From: an uncultured Pirellulaceae bacterium
GTDB lineage: Bacteria; Planctomycetota; Planctomycetia; Pirellulales; Pirellulaceae
Length of the DNA stretch: 48,907 nucleotides
Assembly (NCBI GenBank): GCA_964601665.1
Contig: CAZROJ010000003.1
Coordinates: 1-48,907 of the forward strand
Direction: 5' to 3'
Notes under the pieces: generated by a model
Database searches by the model: none
Seen by the model: the letters and a program-made list of their open reading frames with translations, nothing else
What the model was told of the DNA's origin: nothing
Part shown: positions 9,580-19,582 of the stretch, one piece after another
Position numbering within the stretch: position 1 is the first letter of the stretch
Layout: each line of letters begins with the position of its first letter
Made by a program: the position numbers and the translations under genes

Positions 9580-10371
9580 TTGGGCGAATTGAGTTTTCTT
9601 TTGGTCGGCTTGGCCGTGCTGTTCGTGTATTTTGCTGCGTTTTGGGCGCTGCAGTACGCGATCGGTAATTCGGCGGTCGTGGATGTTGGCTGGGCGTTGT
9701 CGGTCGCCATCGTCGGCGGCCTGTATTGCTGGGCTGGAACGGGCGATGTGAGTCGACGCTGGTTGGCGGCGATTTTGATCGCGGGTTGGGCGATTCGGTT
9801 GAGCGGCTATTTGTTTTTTCGCTGGCGTCAACATCCCGAAGACGAACGCTATACGGCGCTCAAAGACAAATGGGGCAACCAAGCTCAAATTCGCATGTTT
9901 CGGTTTTACCAAATGCAAGCTTTAGGGGCGTTCGTGTTTACGTGGCCGTTGTTTGTGGTTGCGAATTTAGATCTTCCGCTTGGCGTTTGGGATTTTGCGG
10001 CTGTCGCAGTTTGGATCATTGCGATCGCCGGTGGAACACTGGCCGACCTGCAGCTCAAATGGTTCAAGCAAAACCCCGACAACAATGGGCAAGTTTGTAA
10101 AAGCGGATTGTGGCGGTACTCGCGGCATCCCAATTACTTTTTCGAATGGCTGCATTGGTGGGCCTACGTTTTAATGGCACTGTTGAGTCCATGGTTGTTG
10201 GTGACTTTGATCGCCCCACTGGCGATGTGGTTTTTCCTGACCAAAGTCACCGGCATCCCGACGACGGAAGCCCGTGCCGTCGTCTCGCGTGGCGACCGCT
10301 ATCGCGAGTATCAAAAAACAACCAACGCATTTTTTCCGTGGTTCCCGAAAGACCAAAAGGCGACATCGTGA
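9580..10371 (+). CDS. DUF1295 / steroid 5-alpha-reductase-like membrane protein
   Basis: VVDVGW, EDERY, ADLQL..FK and GLWRYSRHPNYFFEW motifs. Confidence 0.9.
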   Translation: MGELSFLLVGLAVLFVYFAAFWALQYAIGNSAVVDVGWALSVAIVGGLYCWAGTGDVSRRWLAAILIAGWAIRLSGYLFFRWRQHPEDERYTALKDKWGNQAQIRMFRFYQMQALGAFVFTWPLFVVANLDLPLGVWDFAAVAVWIIAIAGGTLADLQLKWFKQNPDNNGQVCKSGLWRYSRHPNYFFEWLHWWAYVLMALLSPWLLVTLIAPLAMWFFLTKVTGIPTTEARAVVSRGDRYREYQKTTNAFFPWFPKDQKATS

Positions 10372-11408
10372 TTGCGAAATTTATTGATTGGACCGAACGC
10401 GGACTGACACCTGACCGGCTAGTAAGAATCGGAATTCGGCGGTTGCTGAAAAAACGTTTGCAGCAAGTTGATCAAGGCAGTGCGGAAGCCAATCAGCGCC
10501 AGTTGGAGGCTTTGGTCCAAGAATTTTCCAGCGGGCCGTTGGCTTTGGTGCCTGAAAAAGCAAACGAGCAACACTACGAAGTTCCCGCAGCGATCTTTTT
10601 GAAAACGCTGGGAGCAAGACTCAAGTATTCGGGCTGCTATTGGCCCAAGGGCGTTTCAGATTTAGACCGGGCTGAAGAACTTGCTCTGGAAGCTAGTTGC
10701 CAACGAGCCGAATTGGCCGACGGCATGAAGATCCTAGAGCTTGGTTGTGGCTGGGGTTCGCTCTCGCTGTGGATGGCGGAGAAGTTTCCCCAAGCCAGCA
10801 TTACTTCGGTTTCGAATTCTGCGTCGCAGCGCGAATTTATTCTCAATCGAGCCAATGAATTAGGGATTGGCGAGAACCTGAATGTGGTGACCTGCGACAT
10901 CAATGATTTTTCGACGGACCAGCAGTTTGACCGCGTGGTTTCGATTGAAATGTTTGAACATGTCAGGAATCACCAAGAACTGTTTCGACGGATTTCGACC
11001 TGGCTAACGCCCTCGGGCAAGCTTTTCGCTCATATTTTTTGCCATCGACAACTTACCTACAAATTTCAAGACGATGGGGCATCGGATTGGATGAGCCGCT
11101 ACTTTTTTTCGGGGGGAATCATGCCGGGCAATGATTTGTTCGCCGAGTATCAAAACGATTTAACGTTGGAGGATCAGTGGCAGTGGAATGGGCAACACTA
11201 CCAAAAGACGTGTGAGGCATGGCTGCAAAATATGGACCGCAACCGAAACGAAATCATGCCAGTTTTAGAACAGACGTATGGCCAAGCAGATGCGGTTCGT
11301 TGGTTCAACCGCTGGCGCATGTTTTATCTGGCTTGCAGCGAACTGTTTGGCTATCGGGGTGGCGACGAGTGGTGGGTGTCGCATTATTTGTTTTCGAATA
11401 AGCCGTGA
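10368..11408 (+). CDS. SAM-dependent methyltransferase, CFA-synthase / coclaurine N-methyltransferase-like
   Basis: GTGA overlap with the upstream stop; ANEQHYEVP, LKYSGC, ILELGCGWGS, VSIEMFEH and FFSGGIMP motifs. Confidence 0.9.
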   Translation: MIAKFIDWTERGLTPDRLVRIGIRRLLKKRLQQVDQGSAEANQRQLEALVQEFSSGPLALVPEKANEQHYEVPAAIFLKTLGARLKYSGCYWPKGVSDLDRAEELALEASCQRAELADGMKILELGCGWGSLSLWMAEKFPQASITSVSNSASQREFILNRANELGIGENLNVVTCDINDFSTDQQFDRVVSIEMFEHVRNHQELFRRISTWLTPSGKLFAHIFCHRQLTYKFQDDGASDWMSRYFFSGGIMPGNDLFAEYQNDLTLEDQWQWNGQHYQKTCEAWLQNMDRNRNEIMPVLEQTYGQADAVRWFNRWRMFYLACSELFGYRGGDEWWVSHYLFSNKP

Positions 11409-11440
11409 AGCTGTTTTTTTGAATTGGCTTTGGACTTGGT

Positions 11441-11503
11441 GCTTATCCCAAAACTCAAAATGCCCGCGGCTAGCGGCTTCGGCTCACTGGTTGTGGGATA
11501 AGC
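11441..11503. repeat. ~60-bp REP/MITE-like element, copy 1, with 10-bp terminal inverted repeats
   Basis: TIRs gcttatccca / tgggataagc; core (minus strand) tgagccgaagccgctagccgcgggcattttg. Homologous copy at 25274-25329. Confidence 0.85.
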
Positions 11504-12410
11504 TGTTGAGCCGATCCGTTTCCGCGTTGAAGATAGCCGCATCGTAAGGATCCGATTCGCGGCTGACTTTGGCGGGTAGTTTTTGGGCGGTGCTCAAATC
11601 CGGAATCGAACCGGCCGTTGAAAACGATGCAGCAATGGGCCGTAGCATGGTTGAAGAGGCGTTACGCTTGCGAATGGATTGGTTGGAATTCTGCGGAGCG
11701 ATAAAGCTTGCCTGGATAACTTTGCCGTCAGCGGAAATCGTTGGGCCGTTTTCGTTTTGACGGCGGACCGCGACGGCGTTTTTGGGTTCAGGTTGACCCA
11801 GCTTGGGCAAGGGTTGAAATAATCTGGCCGATTGGATGGTCAGTCGTTTTGTTGGCTCTGGCACGGTCGCTGTTTGGCGTGATTGAGCGTCCTCGCGATT
11901 TGCGAGATTTGGGACTGCTTGCCGAGCTTGCGATTCGAGCATGGCGGAGAGTTGACGGTTCAGCGATACCATTTGGGCTGCTGAAACATCACACTGCATC
12001 AGGATTTCCAGCTGGCTTTCCGCCAGATCCAGTTGGCGATGTTTCAGGCACCAGCGGAACAAGTCAACTTGAGCGCGAGTATCCGAGGCACGCGTGCGAG
12101 CCGATTTGCCCCAGAAGGCTTCTGAGATTGAATCGCAGATGAATTCAGCTTTGTTTTTCGGGATCACGATCCGGCTGCCCTGACGAGTATGCACGATCAG
12201 TTTCGCTCGGTCTTGTTCGATTTGGCCAGCGAGGATCTCTCCGTTTTTTAAGACCAAAATCTGTTCGTTGGAAACGGCAGCGGGGCCGCGACGAGGTGTT
12301 TGGGCGGCCAGGTCGGCGAATGCGACAAAACACAAGCACGCCTGCACAGCCAACAAGGCTGTCAGCCTGCCGAGGCACGATCGATTTTCGCGGTTTGGTT
12401 TCCAATCCAT
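11484..12410 (-). CDS. Hypothetical secreted protein
   Basis: 308-aa ORF with a signal-like segment and ILVLKNGEILAG beta motif typical of planctomycete exported proteins; low-complexity C-terminus. Confidence 0.7.
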   Translation of the reverse strand: MDWKPNRENRSCLGRLTALLAVQACLCFVAFADLAAQTPRRGPAAVSNEQILVLKNGEILAGQIEQDRAKLIVHTRQGSRIVIPKNKAEFICDSISEAFWGKSARTRASDTRAQVDLFRWCLKHRQLDLAESQLEILMQCDVSAAQMVSLNRQLSAMLESQARQAVPNLANREDAQSRQTATVPEPTKRLTIQSARLFQPLPKLGQPEPKNAVAVRRQNENGPTISADGKVIQASFIAPQNSNQSIRKRNASSTMLRPIAASFSTAGSIPDLSTAQKLPAKVSRESDPYDAAIFNAETDRLNSLSHNQ

Positions 12411-12756
12411 GGGGCGACGGTAGAAAATATGCCCGTTCGAATCAAGGCCGGCCTAGATTACCCGTTTTACTTTTTTTTGAGCTCCTACCAGCGTGATGTT
12501 CAGTTGCAATCGGGGTATCCGGTGCAGCCCCAGAACTGGCTGCCGGCGTTGTCGCCCGTTTTTGCGTTTATTAATACCGGGGTTTACGGCAGGGCATTCG
12601 GGAATCGTAGCCTTCCCCGCCCCTGCTGTTCTCTCAGAACCCTTGACCCCGCAAAACTTACCGGATTTCGCCACGCGCCCTTAAAGTTTTCCAAATCGGC
12701 AGCCATTCGCCCGTTGCCTGCTTTTTCAATGCGAAAACGTTGGGTCGATTTCTAGA

Positions 12757-12784
12757 TTGCCTGTGGTTTTGACTACCATAGACT
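12757..12784 (+). promoter_or_regulatory. Possible sigma70-type promoter for jetABCD
   Basis: TTGCCT-16 nt-TAGACT, 56 bp upstream of the jetA GTG. Confidence 0.3.
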
Positions 12785-12840
12785 GACCAAAATCAGCCAA
12801 TTTAAAAAAACAAAACCTACCAACCCATCACTCAGTTTCC

Positions 12841-14325
12841 GTGAAACTTGATCGTCTCATCCTGTTCTTTTCCACCGACCCCTCGGCGAAATTGTTGCGT
12901 TCGCCCAATGCCGCGCACGTCATCTATTTTCTCAATCGGCAGTTCAAGCACGAAACCAACTTGACCTTGCCTCAGTCGGTGCTGCAAGAAAACTTGCGGT
13001 CTTACTTAGACGACCTGCATGAAACCGAGCCCGACAAGCTTTCTGATCGCCCGGAAGTCTATTTAACTAAATGGTCCACCGGCGACTCGCGTTGGCTGCG
13101 CCGCAGCTTCGACAGCCAGTTCGCCGAACCGGTCTACCAACTAACCCCTCACACCGAGGACGTACTCAAGTTCGTCACGGGAGTGCTCGACCGTTCACTT
13201 GGCTTCGTCGGCACCGAATCGCGGCTGACTCGGATCATCGAAACGCTATCGGATATTGTCGTTCGCGGGTCGAGCGATCCCGAGCGTCGATTGGCTTTTT
13301 TGGAAGCAGAAAAACAATTGATCGATTCCGAAATCGAATCAATCAAGTCCGGCAAGGCAGTCAAAACGCATAGCCCCACGGCCATTCGCGAACGCTTTTC
13401 TGATGCGGTGTCGGATTTGGTTTCCTTGCAAAGTGATTTTCGCGCGGTCGAAGAGAGCTTCAAAACGATCACCCGTGATGTCCAAAAACGGCAAAACGAA
13501 AACGCCGGCGGACGTGGCGATATCCTCGGTTTCGCACTCGAATCCGAAGACGAACTTAACGAAGGCGATCAAGGCACCAGCTTCAATGCGTTCGTCAAAC
13601 TACTGCTGTCCCAGAGCCAGCAAGATGATCTGGAGCGAATGATCAATCAGTTGGATCAGATCGAAGATTTGGATGCGCAGTCCGACGGCAAGCGCCGCCT
13701 GCACGGTATGATCGGCAGCCTATCGGCCGAGGCCGAAAAAGTGATGCGGACGACTCGTCGGCTAAGCCACACGTTGCGAAGACTGCTGGACAACGGCTCC
13801 AGTTCCGCTCGGATGCATCTAGCAAATGTTTTGCGTCAGATCCAAGCCGAGGCCGTGCGTTTGGCCGACGATCCGCCAGATTTTGGTTTGGAATTGTTGA
13901 CCGAGCCCAATGTGGCCAATTTTTTGGACCGTCCGATGTGGAGTGCTCCGGTTCAGTTCGAGGCCGTTGAGCTGGTATCCGAAGAGCCAGACGAAGACGA
14001 GCGACTATTGGCGTTTCGCCAACTGGCACAGCTGCAGCGTTTGGACTGGCAGACGATGCGAGACAATATTCAAACGATGCAACGCGACTACGATACGTTT
14101 TCGTTGCGGCAACTTTTCGAAGCTCATCCGCCAACGGCTGGGTCGATCGAAGTCGTTGCGTATGTGCAGTTGGCTCATGACGCGGGGCACCACGTAGATC
14201 AGGACGCGACTGAAGAAATTATCTACCCGGACGCGACCGTCACCAGCGGCTTTACAACGCTTGAAGTCCCCAAGGTTATTTTTGCCAAACCCGGCATCGA
14301 GCCAATGGAGCTACAGAACGCATGA
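12841..14325 (+). CDS. jetA: Wadjet type I kleisin subunit JetA (DUF3375)
   Basis: KLLRSPNA, YLTKW...WLRR, FVGTESRL, GTSFNAF..LL motifs; first of four tightly linked genes. Confidence 0.9.
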   Translation: MKLDRLILFFSTDPSAKLLRSPNAAHVIYFLNRQFKHETNLTLPQSVLQENLRSYLDDLHETEPDKLSDRPEVYLTKWSTGDSRWLRRSFDSQFAEPVYQLTPHTEDVLKFVTGVLDRSLGFVGTESRLTRIIETLSDIVVRGSSDPERRLAFLEAEKQLIDSEIESIKSGKAVKTHSPTAIRERFSDAVSDLVSLQSDFRAVEESFKTITRDVQKRQNENAGGRGDILGFALESEDELNEGDQGTSFNAFVKLLLSQSQQDDLERMINQLDQIEDLDAQSDGKRRLHGMIGSLSAEAEKVMRTTRRLSHTLRRLLDNGSSSARMHLANVLRQIQAEAVRLADDPPDFGLELLTEPNVANFLDRPMWSAPVQFEAVELVSEEPDEDERLLAFRQLAQLQRLDWQTMRDNIQTMQRDYDTFSLRQLFEAHPPTAGSIEVVAYVQLAHDAGHHVDQDATEEIIYPDATVTSGFTTLEVPKVIFAKPGIEPMELQNA

Positions 14326-14900
14326 ACGATCGACCTGAATTTTCCGAAGCGGGCATTGCTGCGGTGAAGTTGCTGCAGGGTGTCATCTACGAAGAAGACG
14401 CTGACACCTGGGGGAATTTGCTCAGCAATGAATCTGAGCTGGAGACTTGGTTTTACAAAGTCGGGATGGTGGTGGTTATCGACCGCTCCAATGGTATGGC
14501 GTTTTTGCGGCAACTCAGCGATGACGAGCGAACCGAAGGCTATGAGCGGTTGCCGCGAATGTTCGTTCGGTCGCCGCTGAGCTATGACGCGACTTTGGGC
14601 TGTGTGCTGCTGCGAGACGAATTTCGCAAGTTTGAGGATGAAGATTTAGACAACGAACGTTGCGTCGTGGATGCGGAAACGCTGTTTGACCGGTGGAAGT
14701 CTTTTTTTCCGGCCAAGGAGGACGAAGTGTCGTTGCGTAAGAAGCTGGTGAAGTCATTGAATCAGCTAGAAAAGCACAAGTTGATTCGCAAACTAAAAAC
14801 GGATACAGATCATTGGGAAGTCCGCCGAGCGATCAAAGCAAGGGTGCCGATCGATCAATTGGAGCAGTTAAAAGAACGCCTGGCCGAGCACGCGAAGTAG
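14322..14900 (+). CDS. jetB: Wadjet KITE subunit JetB (DUF4194)
   Basis: ATGA overlap with jetA; VKLLQGVIY, G.AFLRQ, R.PLSY..TL..VLLR, WEVRR.IKA; 192 aa. Confidence 0.9.
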   Translation: MNDRPEFSEAGIAAVKLLQGVIYEEDADTWGNLLSNESELETWFYKVGMVVVIDRSNGMAFLRQLSDDERTEGYERLPRMFVRSPLSYDATLGCVLLRDEFRKFEDEDLDNERCVVDAETLFDRWKSFFPAKEDEVSLRKKLVKSLNQLEKHKLIRKLKTDTDHWEVRRAIKARVPIDQLEQLKERLAEHAK

Positions 14901-14954
14901 TTGCCGCCCAACCTAAAACCGCCCACCGGGCCTAACCCCACACGAACACCGCGA

Positions 14955-17900
14955 ATGAACCAGCTTTTTGACACTCGCCCTGAACGTCCAGGCTACCGCT
15001 TGCAGCAGCTCGAAATCTCCAACTGGGGTACTTTCGATAGTCGCGACGGGCGGATCTACACCTTCCGACCTGAAGGTCGCACTTCGCTGTTGGTGGGGCA
15101 CAATGGTTCGGGCAAATCAACGCTGGTCGATGCCATCACGACGTTGCTGGGCAACAATCGCAGTTACAACTTGGCTGCCGGTGCGAAGTCACGCGAGCGA
15201 ACGCCCAAGAGCTACATCAAAGGAGCCTTTGATCGGGTCGCCGACGGTTCGCAGAACAGCGTTGTAAAATTCCTGCGTCCCAAAGGCGACACGCTGACCG
15301 CCTTGTCCGCTCAGTTTTGCGATGAAAAACTGGATAAGACCTTCACCATCCTGCAAGTTCTGTATCTAAAAAACGGCGACATCGAAGACCGGGTTTACGC
15401 CATCGCCGACAGCCCACAACAGCTTGCCGCGACACTCAGCGGCTTGGTCAAATCCGACCAAGTCCGCAGCCACCTCAAACAGCACGGCTTCCAAACGACT
15501 AAGAAGCCCTCGGAATACTTGGGTTGGATCGCCAAACGCACGGGCATGCAGACCAAAGCCATCGACATGTTCAACCAAACCGTTGCGGTTAAGAACATCG
15601 ACAGCCTAACGAAATTCATTCGCGACCACATGCTCGAAGCCACCAACTGGAAAGACAAAGTCCAGTCGTTGCTCTTGCACTTCAACGACCTGAGCAGCGC
15701 CCATCAAGAACTGGAACGGGCTCGCAAGCAGATCGAACTGTTGCAACCGGTTCGCAAAACTGGCAACAAGTACCGCGACGCCCATGCCAAGCTGATTCTG
15801 ATGGAAGAAAACTTGGCCGCTGCGGATCTGTTTTTCGCCGATCAGTTTGTCCGTTTATTCCAGCCAGAGATCCAACGGCAACAGGCCAACGCAAAAGCGA
15901 TGGCCGCGACAATCGATCAAATGGAGGCTCAGCTTGAGCAGCTGGCCGAGACCATACGGCAGTTGAAAAACGAAATCGATTTGGCTGGCGGCGATCGCAT
16001 CAAACAAATTCCCAACTTGATCCAGATCCAGCAAGCCGAACTTCGCCCCAAACAGGCTCGGCTGGGCCAATTCGCTGGTCAACTTAAGCTCTGCGGATTG
16101 CCCAGCGAAGTCGCCGATGACCGGGCGCTCTCTCAGACGCGAGTTCAACTGCAAGAACTCAACCAGCAAGTCACCGACCAACAAGCCATCCATCAGGACG
16201 AATACGAAACCGCGATCGGCGGTCGAGCCAGCGTCGGCGAACTGCTCCGCTGCGAACGTGCCGAACTGACGGCCCTCCAGCAGCGCCGCACCAACCTGCC
16301 CGCCAAATTTATTGCCATGCGGACGCAGATTTGCGAAAACTTGAACTTGAACGAAACCGATTTGCCCTTCGCCGCCGAACTGCTGGCCGTCAAACCAGAC
16401 CAGCAGCGATGGGAGGCCTCTATCGAGATGGTCTTGAATTCGTTTTCGCTGAGCCTGCTGGTGCCCGACCGCTATTACCAACGTGTTCGTACTTATTTGG
16501 AACGCAATCGCATCAACGACAATCGCGGCCAAGGGGCTCGGATCGACTACATCCGCGTTGGCGTGGTTCAGGACGCCAGCGGCGATCGGTTGGACCCTCG
16601 TTCGTTAACCACCAAGCTGAACTTCAAGTCTCGGCACGACCTGACCCCTTGGGTTCGTGGCGAGATCGTGCGTCGGTTTAACTTTACCTGTTGCGAGAAT
16701 ATCGATGAATTTAACGAGGTGCCGCGCATGGCGGTGACCGCGAATCGTCACGTCAAATTCAATTCGCAGTCTCATAAAAAAGACGATCGCCAACGCACCG
16801 TCGATCCGCGTTATTTCGTATTGGGGTGGGACAACACCGACAAGAAAAACCGTATCGCCAATCGAATCAAAGAACTGGAAACCGAAACGTCTGCCTTGGA
16901 CCAGCAAGTCAAAAATCTCGACGCGATGCTGGGGGGCCTGCGAGACAAATTGCAGGCGATCGAAGCGGGGCTGGCGGTGACCAGTTTTGACATGATCGAC
17001 GTCCGACGTCATTGGGCGGAAATCGAAAGTCTGCGTGAAGAACAACGCGAACTCGAATCCAATGACTTGGTCAAGCCGCTGCGGAAGCGTTTGGATGCGG
17101 CGGAAAAGGAAGTCAAAAGCACCAAGGCCGAACGCGATAAAAAACTAGAAGAACAGGGTGCCTTGAAGCGAGAAATCGAGCTCCATTTGGCAAATATCGA
17201 TCGTGAAAAGGACAAACTGGCTGGGGCCGAAACCAGCGGCGAGTTGGCAGTGCAACAACCACGTTTTGCTCGGATTCAAACGGCACTGGGTGAGACAGCG
17301 CTAACCTTTGGCGACTTCGATGCTCGTCGTCGATCCTGGGAATCCGGAACCCGCGAGCAACTTCGTAAAAGCCGCCAGCCGGTGGAAACGTTGAAGGAAA
17401 AACTTACCGTCGCTCAGTCGAAATTCTTGCGGCAGTTTCCAGAACAAGCCAGCGATTTGTCTGAAACCGTAGAAGCGTTGGACAGTTTTTTGGCCTTGCT
17501 GCAGCGGTTGGAACGCGAGGACCTGCCCCAGTATATCGCTCGTTTTGAACAGCGACTCAACGACCAAGTCACCTCGGAGATCGCGACCTTCAGGACGGCG
17601 CTGCGATTGGAGTGCCAAGAGATCGACAAGAAAATCAAGCAGTTAAACATTGCCTTGGCGGACGTCGAATACGATCAACACCGCGGCACCTACATGCGGT
17701 TGGATCCGCGGCGAATTAACGATGGCGAGATCGAGCAGTTTCGGCGTTCGCTGGACGCGTGCATGGACGAATCGCTGGATTCCAGCAAGGCCGCCAATGA
17801 GGCTCGGTTTGACAGAATTAAGTCGCTGGTGGAAAAATTGGCTGACAAGGAGCGAGCCAACTGGCGGAACAAGGTGATCGATGTTCGCAATTGGTTCAAC

Positions 17901-18320
17901 TTCGTGGCCTTGGAAATTTCCCGCGAAACCGAAGACGTGCTGAGCAGCTACGATGGCAGCAGCGGGCAATCCGGTGGCGAGAAAGCCAAGCTGGCGTTTA
18001 CAATTTTGGTAGCGGCGATTGCCTATCAATTCGATATCGATCCCAGCGGCCAAACGCCGGGCCGGTTTCAATTTGTGGTGGTCGACGAAATGTTTTCCAA
18101 AGTTGACGATCAAAATGCGACTTACGCTTTGAAGCTGTTTCAGCAGTTTGGTTTGCAGCTGCTGATCGTCGCACCGTTGGATGCCAAAGCCAGAATTACC
18201 GAACCGTTTGTCGATCGCTATTTGCACGTGGTCAAAAGTGCCGAATCCAGTCGCTCGCATCTGTTCAGCATGACGGCTCGAGAGTATCAAGAAGTAATCC
18301 ACGAGCTGCCGGGGGCTTAG
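14955..18320 (+). CDS. jetC: Wadjet SMC-family ATPase JetC
   Basis: GYRLQQLEISNWGTF; Walker A GHNGSGKST; long coiled coils with central hinge (PFAAELL..., YFVLGWDN); signature QSGGEK; Walker B VVVDEMF. ATG at 14955 preferred over TTG at 14901. Confidence 0.93.
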   Translation: MNQLFDTRPERPGYRLQQLEISNWGTFDSRDGRIYTFRPEGRTSLLVGHNGSGKSTLVDAITTLLGNNRSYNLAAGAKSRERTPKSYIKGAFDRVADGSQNSVVKFLRPKGDTLTALSAQFCDEKLDKTFTILQVLYLKNGDIEDRVYAIADSPQQLAATLSGLVKSDQVRSHLKQHGFQTTKKPSEYLGWIAKRTGMQTKAIDMFNQTVAVKNIDSLTKFIRDHMLEATNWKDKVQSLLLHFNDLSSAHQELERARKQIELLQPVRKTGNKYRDAHAKLILMEENLAAADLFFADQFVRLFQPEIQRQQANAKAMAATIDQMEAQLEQLAETIRQLKNEIDLAGGDRIKQIPNLIQIQQAELRPKQARLGQFAGQLKLCGLPSEVADDRALSQTRVQLQELNQQVTDQQAIHQDEYETAIGGRASVGELLRCERAELTALQQRRTNLPAKFIAMRTQICENLNLNETDLPFAAELLAVKPDQQRWEASIEMVLNSFSLSLLVPDRYYQRVRTYLERNRINDNRGQGARIDYIRVGVVQDASGDRLDPRSLTTKLNFKSRHDLTPWVRGEIVRRFNFTCCENIDEFNEVPRMAVTANRHVKFNSQSHKKDDRQRTVDPRYFVLGWDNTDKKNRIANRIKELETETSALDQQVKNLDAMLGGLRDKLQAIEAGLAVTSFDMIDVRRHWAEIESLREEQRELESNDLVKPLRKRLDAAEKEVKSTKAERDKKLEEQGALKREIELHLANIDREKDKLAGAETSGELAVQQPRFARIQTALGETALTFGDFDARRRSWESGTREQLRKSRQPVETLKEKLTVAQSKFLRQFPEQASDLSETVEALDSFLALLQRLEREDLPQYIARFEQRLNDQVTSEIATFRTALRLECQEIDKKIKQLNIALADVEYDQHRGTYMRLDPRRINDGEIEQFRRSLDACMDESLDSSKAANEARFDRIKSLVEKLADKERANWRNKVIDVRNWFNFVALEISRETEDVLSSYDGSSGQSGGEKAKLAFTILVAAIAYQFDIDPSGQTPGRFQFVVVDEMFSKVDDQNATYALKLFQQFGLQLLIVAPLDAKARITEPFVDRYLHVVKSAESSRSHLFSMTAREYQEVIHELPGA

Positions 18321-18326
18321 TGCAGC

Positions 18327-19499
18327 ATGGCATTTGCCACTCCTTCACAGATCGAAAGTAAGGCTCAGAAAATCTACGATCGCTTTTTGGTCGTGTGGTT
18401 GGCCGGGGATGCTAATTCGTTTTTCCCCAGCCGCGTTCGAGTGAGTTTGACGCTAGACAAATCCAACCCGGCTACTGCAATCGCCGCGAACGAAAAATTG
18501 CTGGCCAAATCGAAAGCTCGGCGCGGCTGGGGCTACACGGTTCACCAAACCGAAAGGAAAAGCCAAGCCTTCGGGCGCAACCAAGTGGCCACCGCTGTGA
18601 CGATCGATTCGCTGGAGGACCTGCTGCGTCTAATTGGGCGGGCCGACGATTTTGCGGCAACCCAAGCCGTTGTGGCAGCGGTTCGCGAGCGATTTCCATC
18701 GCTTGAGCCGTGGCTGCAACGATCAATCAAGTCCCTGCACAAGTTCCAACCTTCGCTGGAGGGCTTGCTGGCGGTCGCGGGTTACTTTGTCCAACACCCG
18801 TGGCCGGATTGTTACGCGCGTCAGATTCCCGTGCCCGTTGACACAAAATTTGTCGCTCGCCATCGTAGTGTTTTGCGGCAATGGCTGGACGTGCTGTTGC
18901 CCGCATCGGCAATCGACGTCAACGAAACGAAGTTCGAACGTCGGTTTGGGTTGCGCGATGGGCGGCAGCATCGCGGGGTTCGTTTTTTGGATGAACCGAT
19001 TCAACTTCAAACGGGTGCCAGCCATCAAGAATTGTCGTTGCCGGTCGCTGAAATTGCGGCTTTGTCAGTTGCCGATGCCACGGTGTTCATTGTTGAAAAC
19101 CGGCTGAACCTGTTGACGTTGCCCAGTGTTCATCGTGGCGTCGCGATTGAAGGGGCAGGCAACGCCGTGAACCGTCTGGAGTCGATTCAATGGTTGCGAA
19201 CCAACCGAGTGGTTTATTGGGGCGATATTGACGTTGAAGGTTTTCTGATTTTGGGACGCCTGCGAGGAATTTTTCCGAACGTGCAGAGTATCATGATGGA
19301 CTTGGACACTTTGCAGGCCCATGGTGAATGGGTCGGTTCGGGCAGTGGTGCTCGACCGGTTGCTCCCACTAATTTAACGTCTGCCGAGCGTGACGCGTTT
19401 GATCGTTGTGCGGCAAAAAACCTGCGGTTGGAGCAAGAACGCGTGCTACAAAAATTCGTCAACGGAGTGGTCTCGCGTTTTAGTGCGACAGACCATTGA
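18327..19499 (+). CDS. jetD: Wadjet TOPRIM nuclease JetD (DUF3322 + DUF2220)
   Basis: YARQIPVPVDTKF, TOPRIM Glu in FIVENR, DxD in YWGDIDVEG, LRLEQER at the C-terminus. Confidence 0.93.
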   Translation: MAFATPSQIESKAQKIYDRFLVVWLAGDANSFFPSRVRVSLTLDKSNPATAIAANEKLLAKSKARRGWGYTVHQTERKSQAFGRNQVATAVTIDSLEDLLRLIGRADDFAATQAVVAAVRERFPSLEPWLQRSIKSLHKFQPSLEGLLAVAGYFVQHPWPDCYARQIPVPVDTKFVARHRSVLRQWLDVLLPASAIDVNETKFERRFGLRDGRQHRGVRFLDEPIQLQTGASHQELSLPVAEIAALSVADATVFIVENRLNLLTLPSVHRGVAIEGAGNAVNRLESIQWLRTNRVVYWGDIDVEGFLILGRLRGIFPNVQSIMMDLDTLQAHGEWVGSGSGARPVAPTNLTSAERDAFDRCAAKNLRLEQERVLQKFVNGVVSRFSATDH

Positions 19500-19582
19500 A
19501 CTGGTTTTGCTCGGCGACATCAAAATGTGACCCTTGTGCTGCCAGAAAATCTATTGCACGACGACTGGTACGACCGTCTGCT

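Noticed and set aside
10110-10367. N-terminal extension of the methyltransferase ORF
   Set aside because: It overlaps the DUF1295 gene; the GTG at 10368 gives a standard 4-bp overlap.
15855-18302. Long antisense ORFs inside jetC (15855-16532, 17643-18302)
   Set aside because: Antisense shadows of a strongly supported gene, with no motifs.
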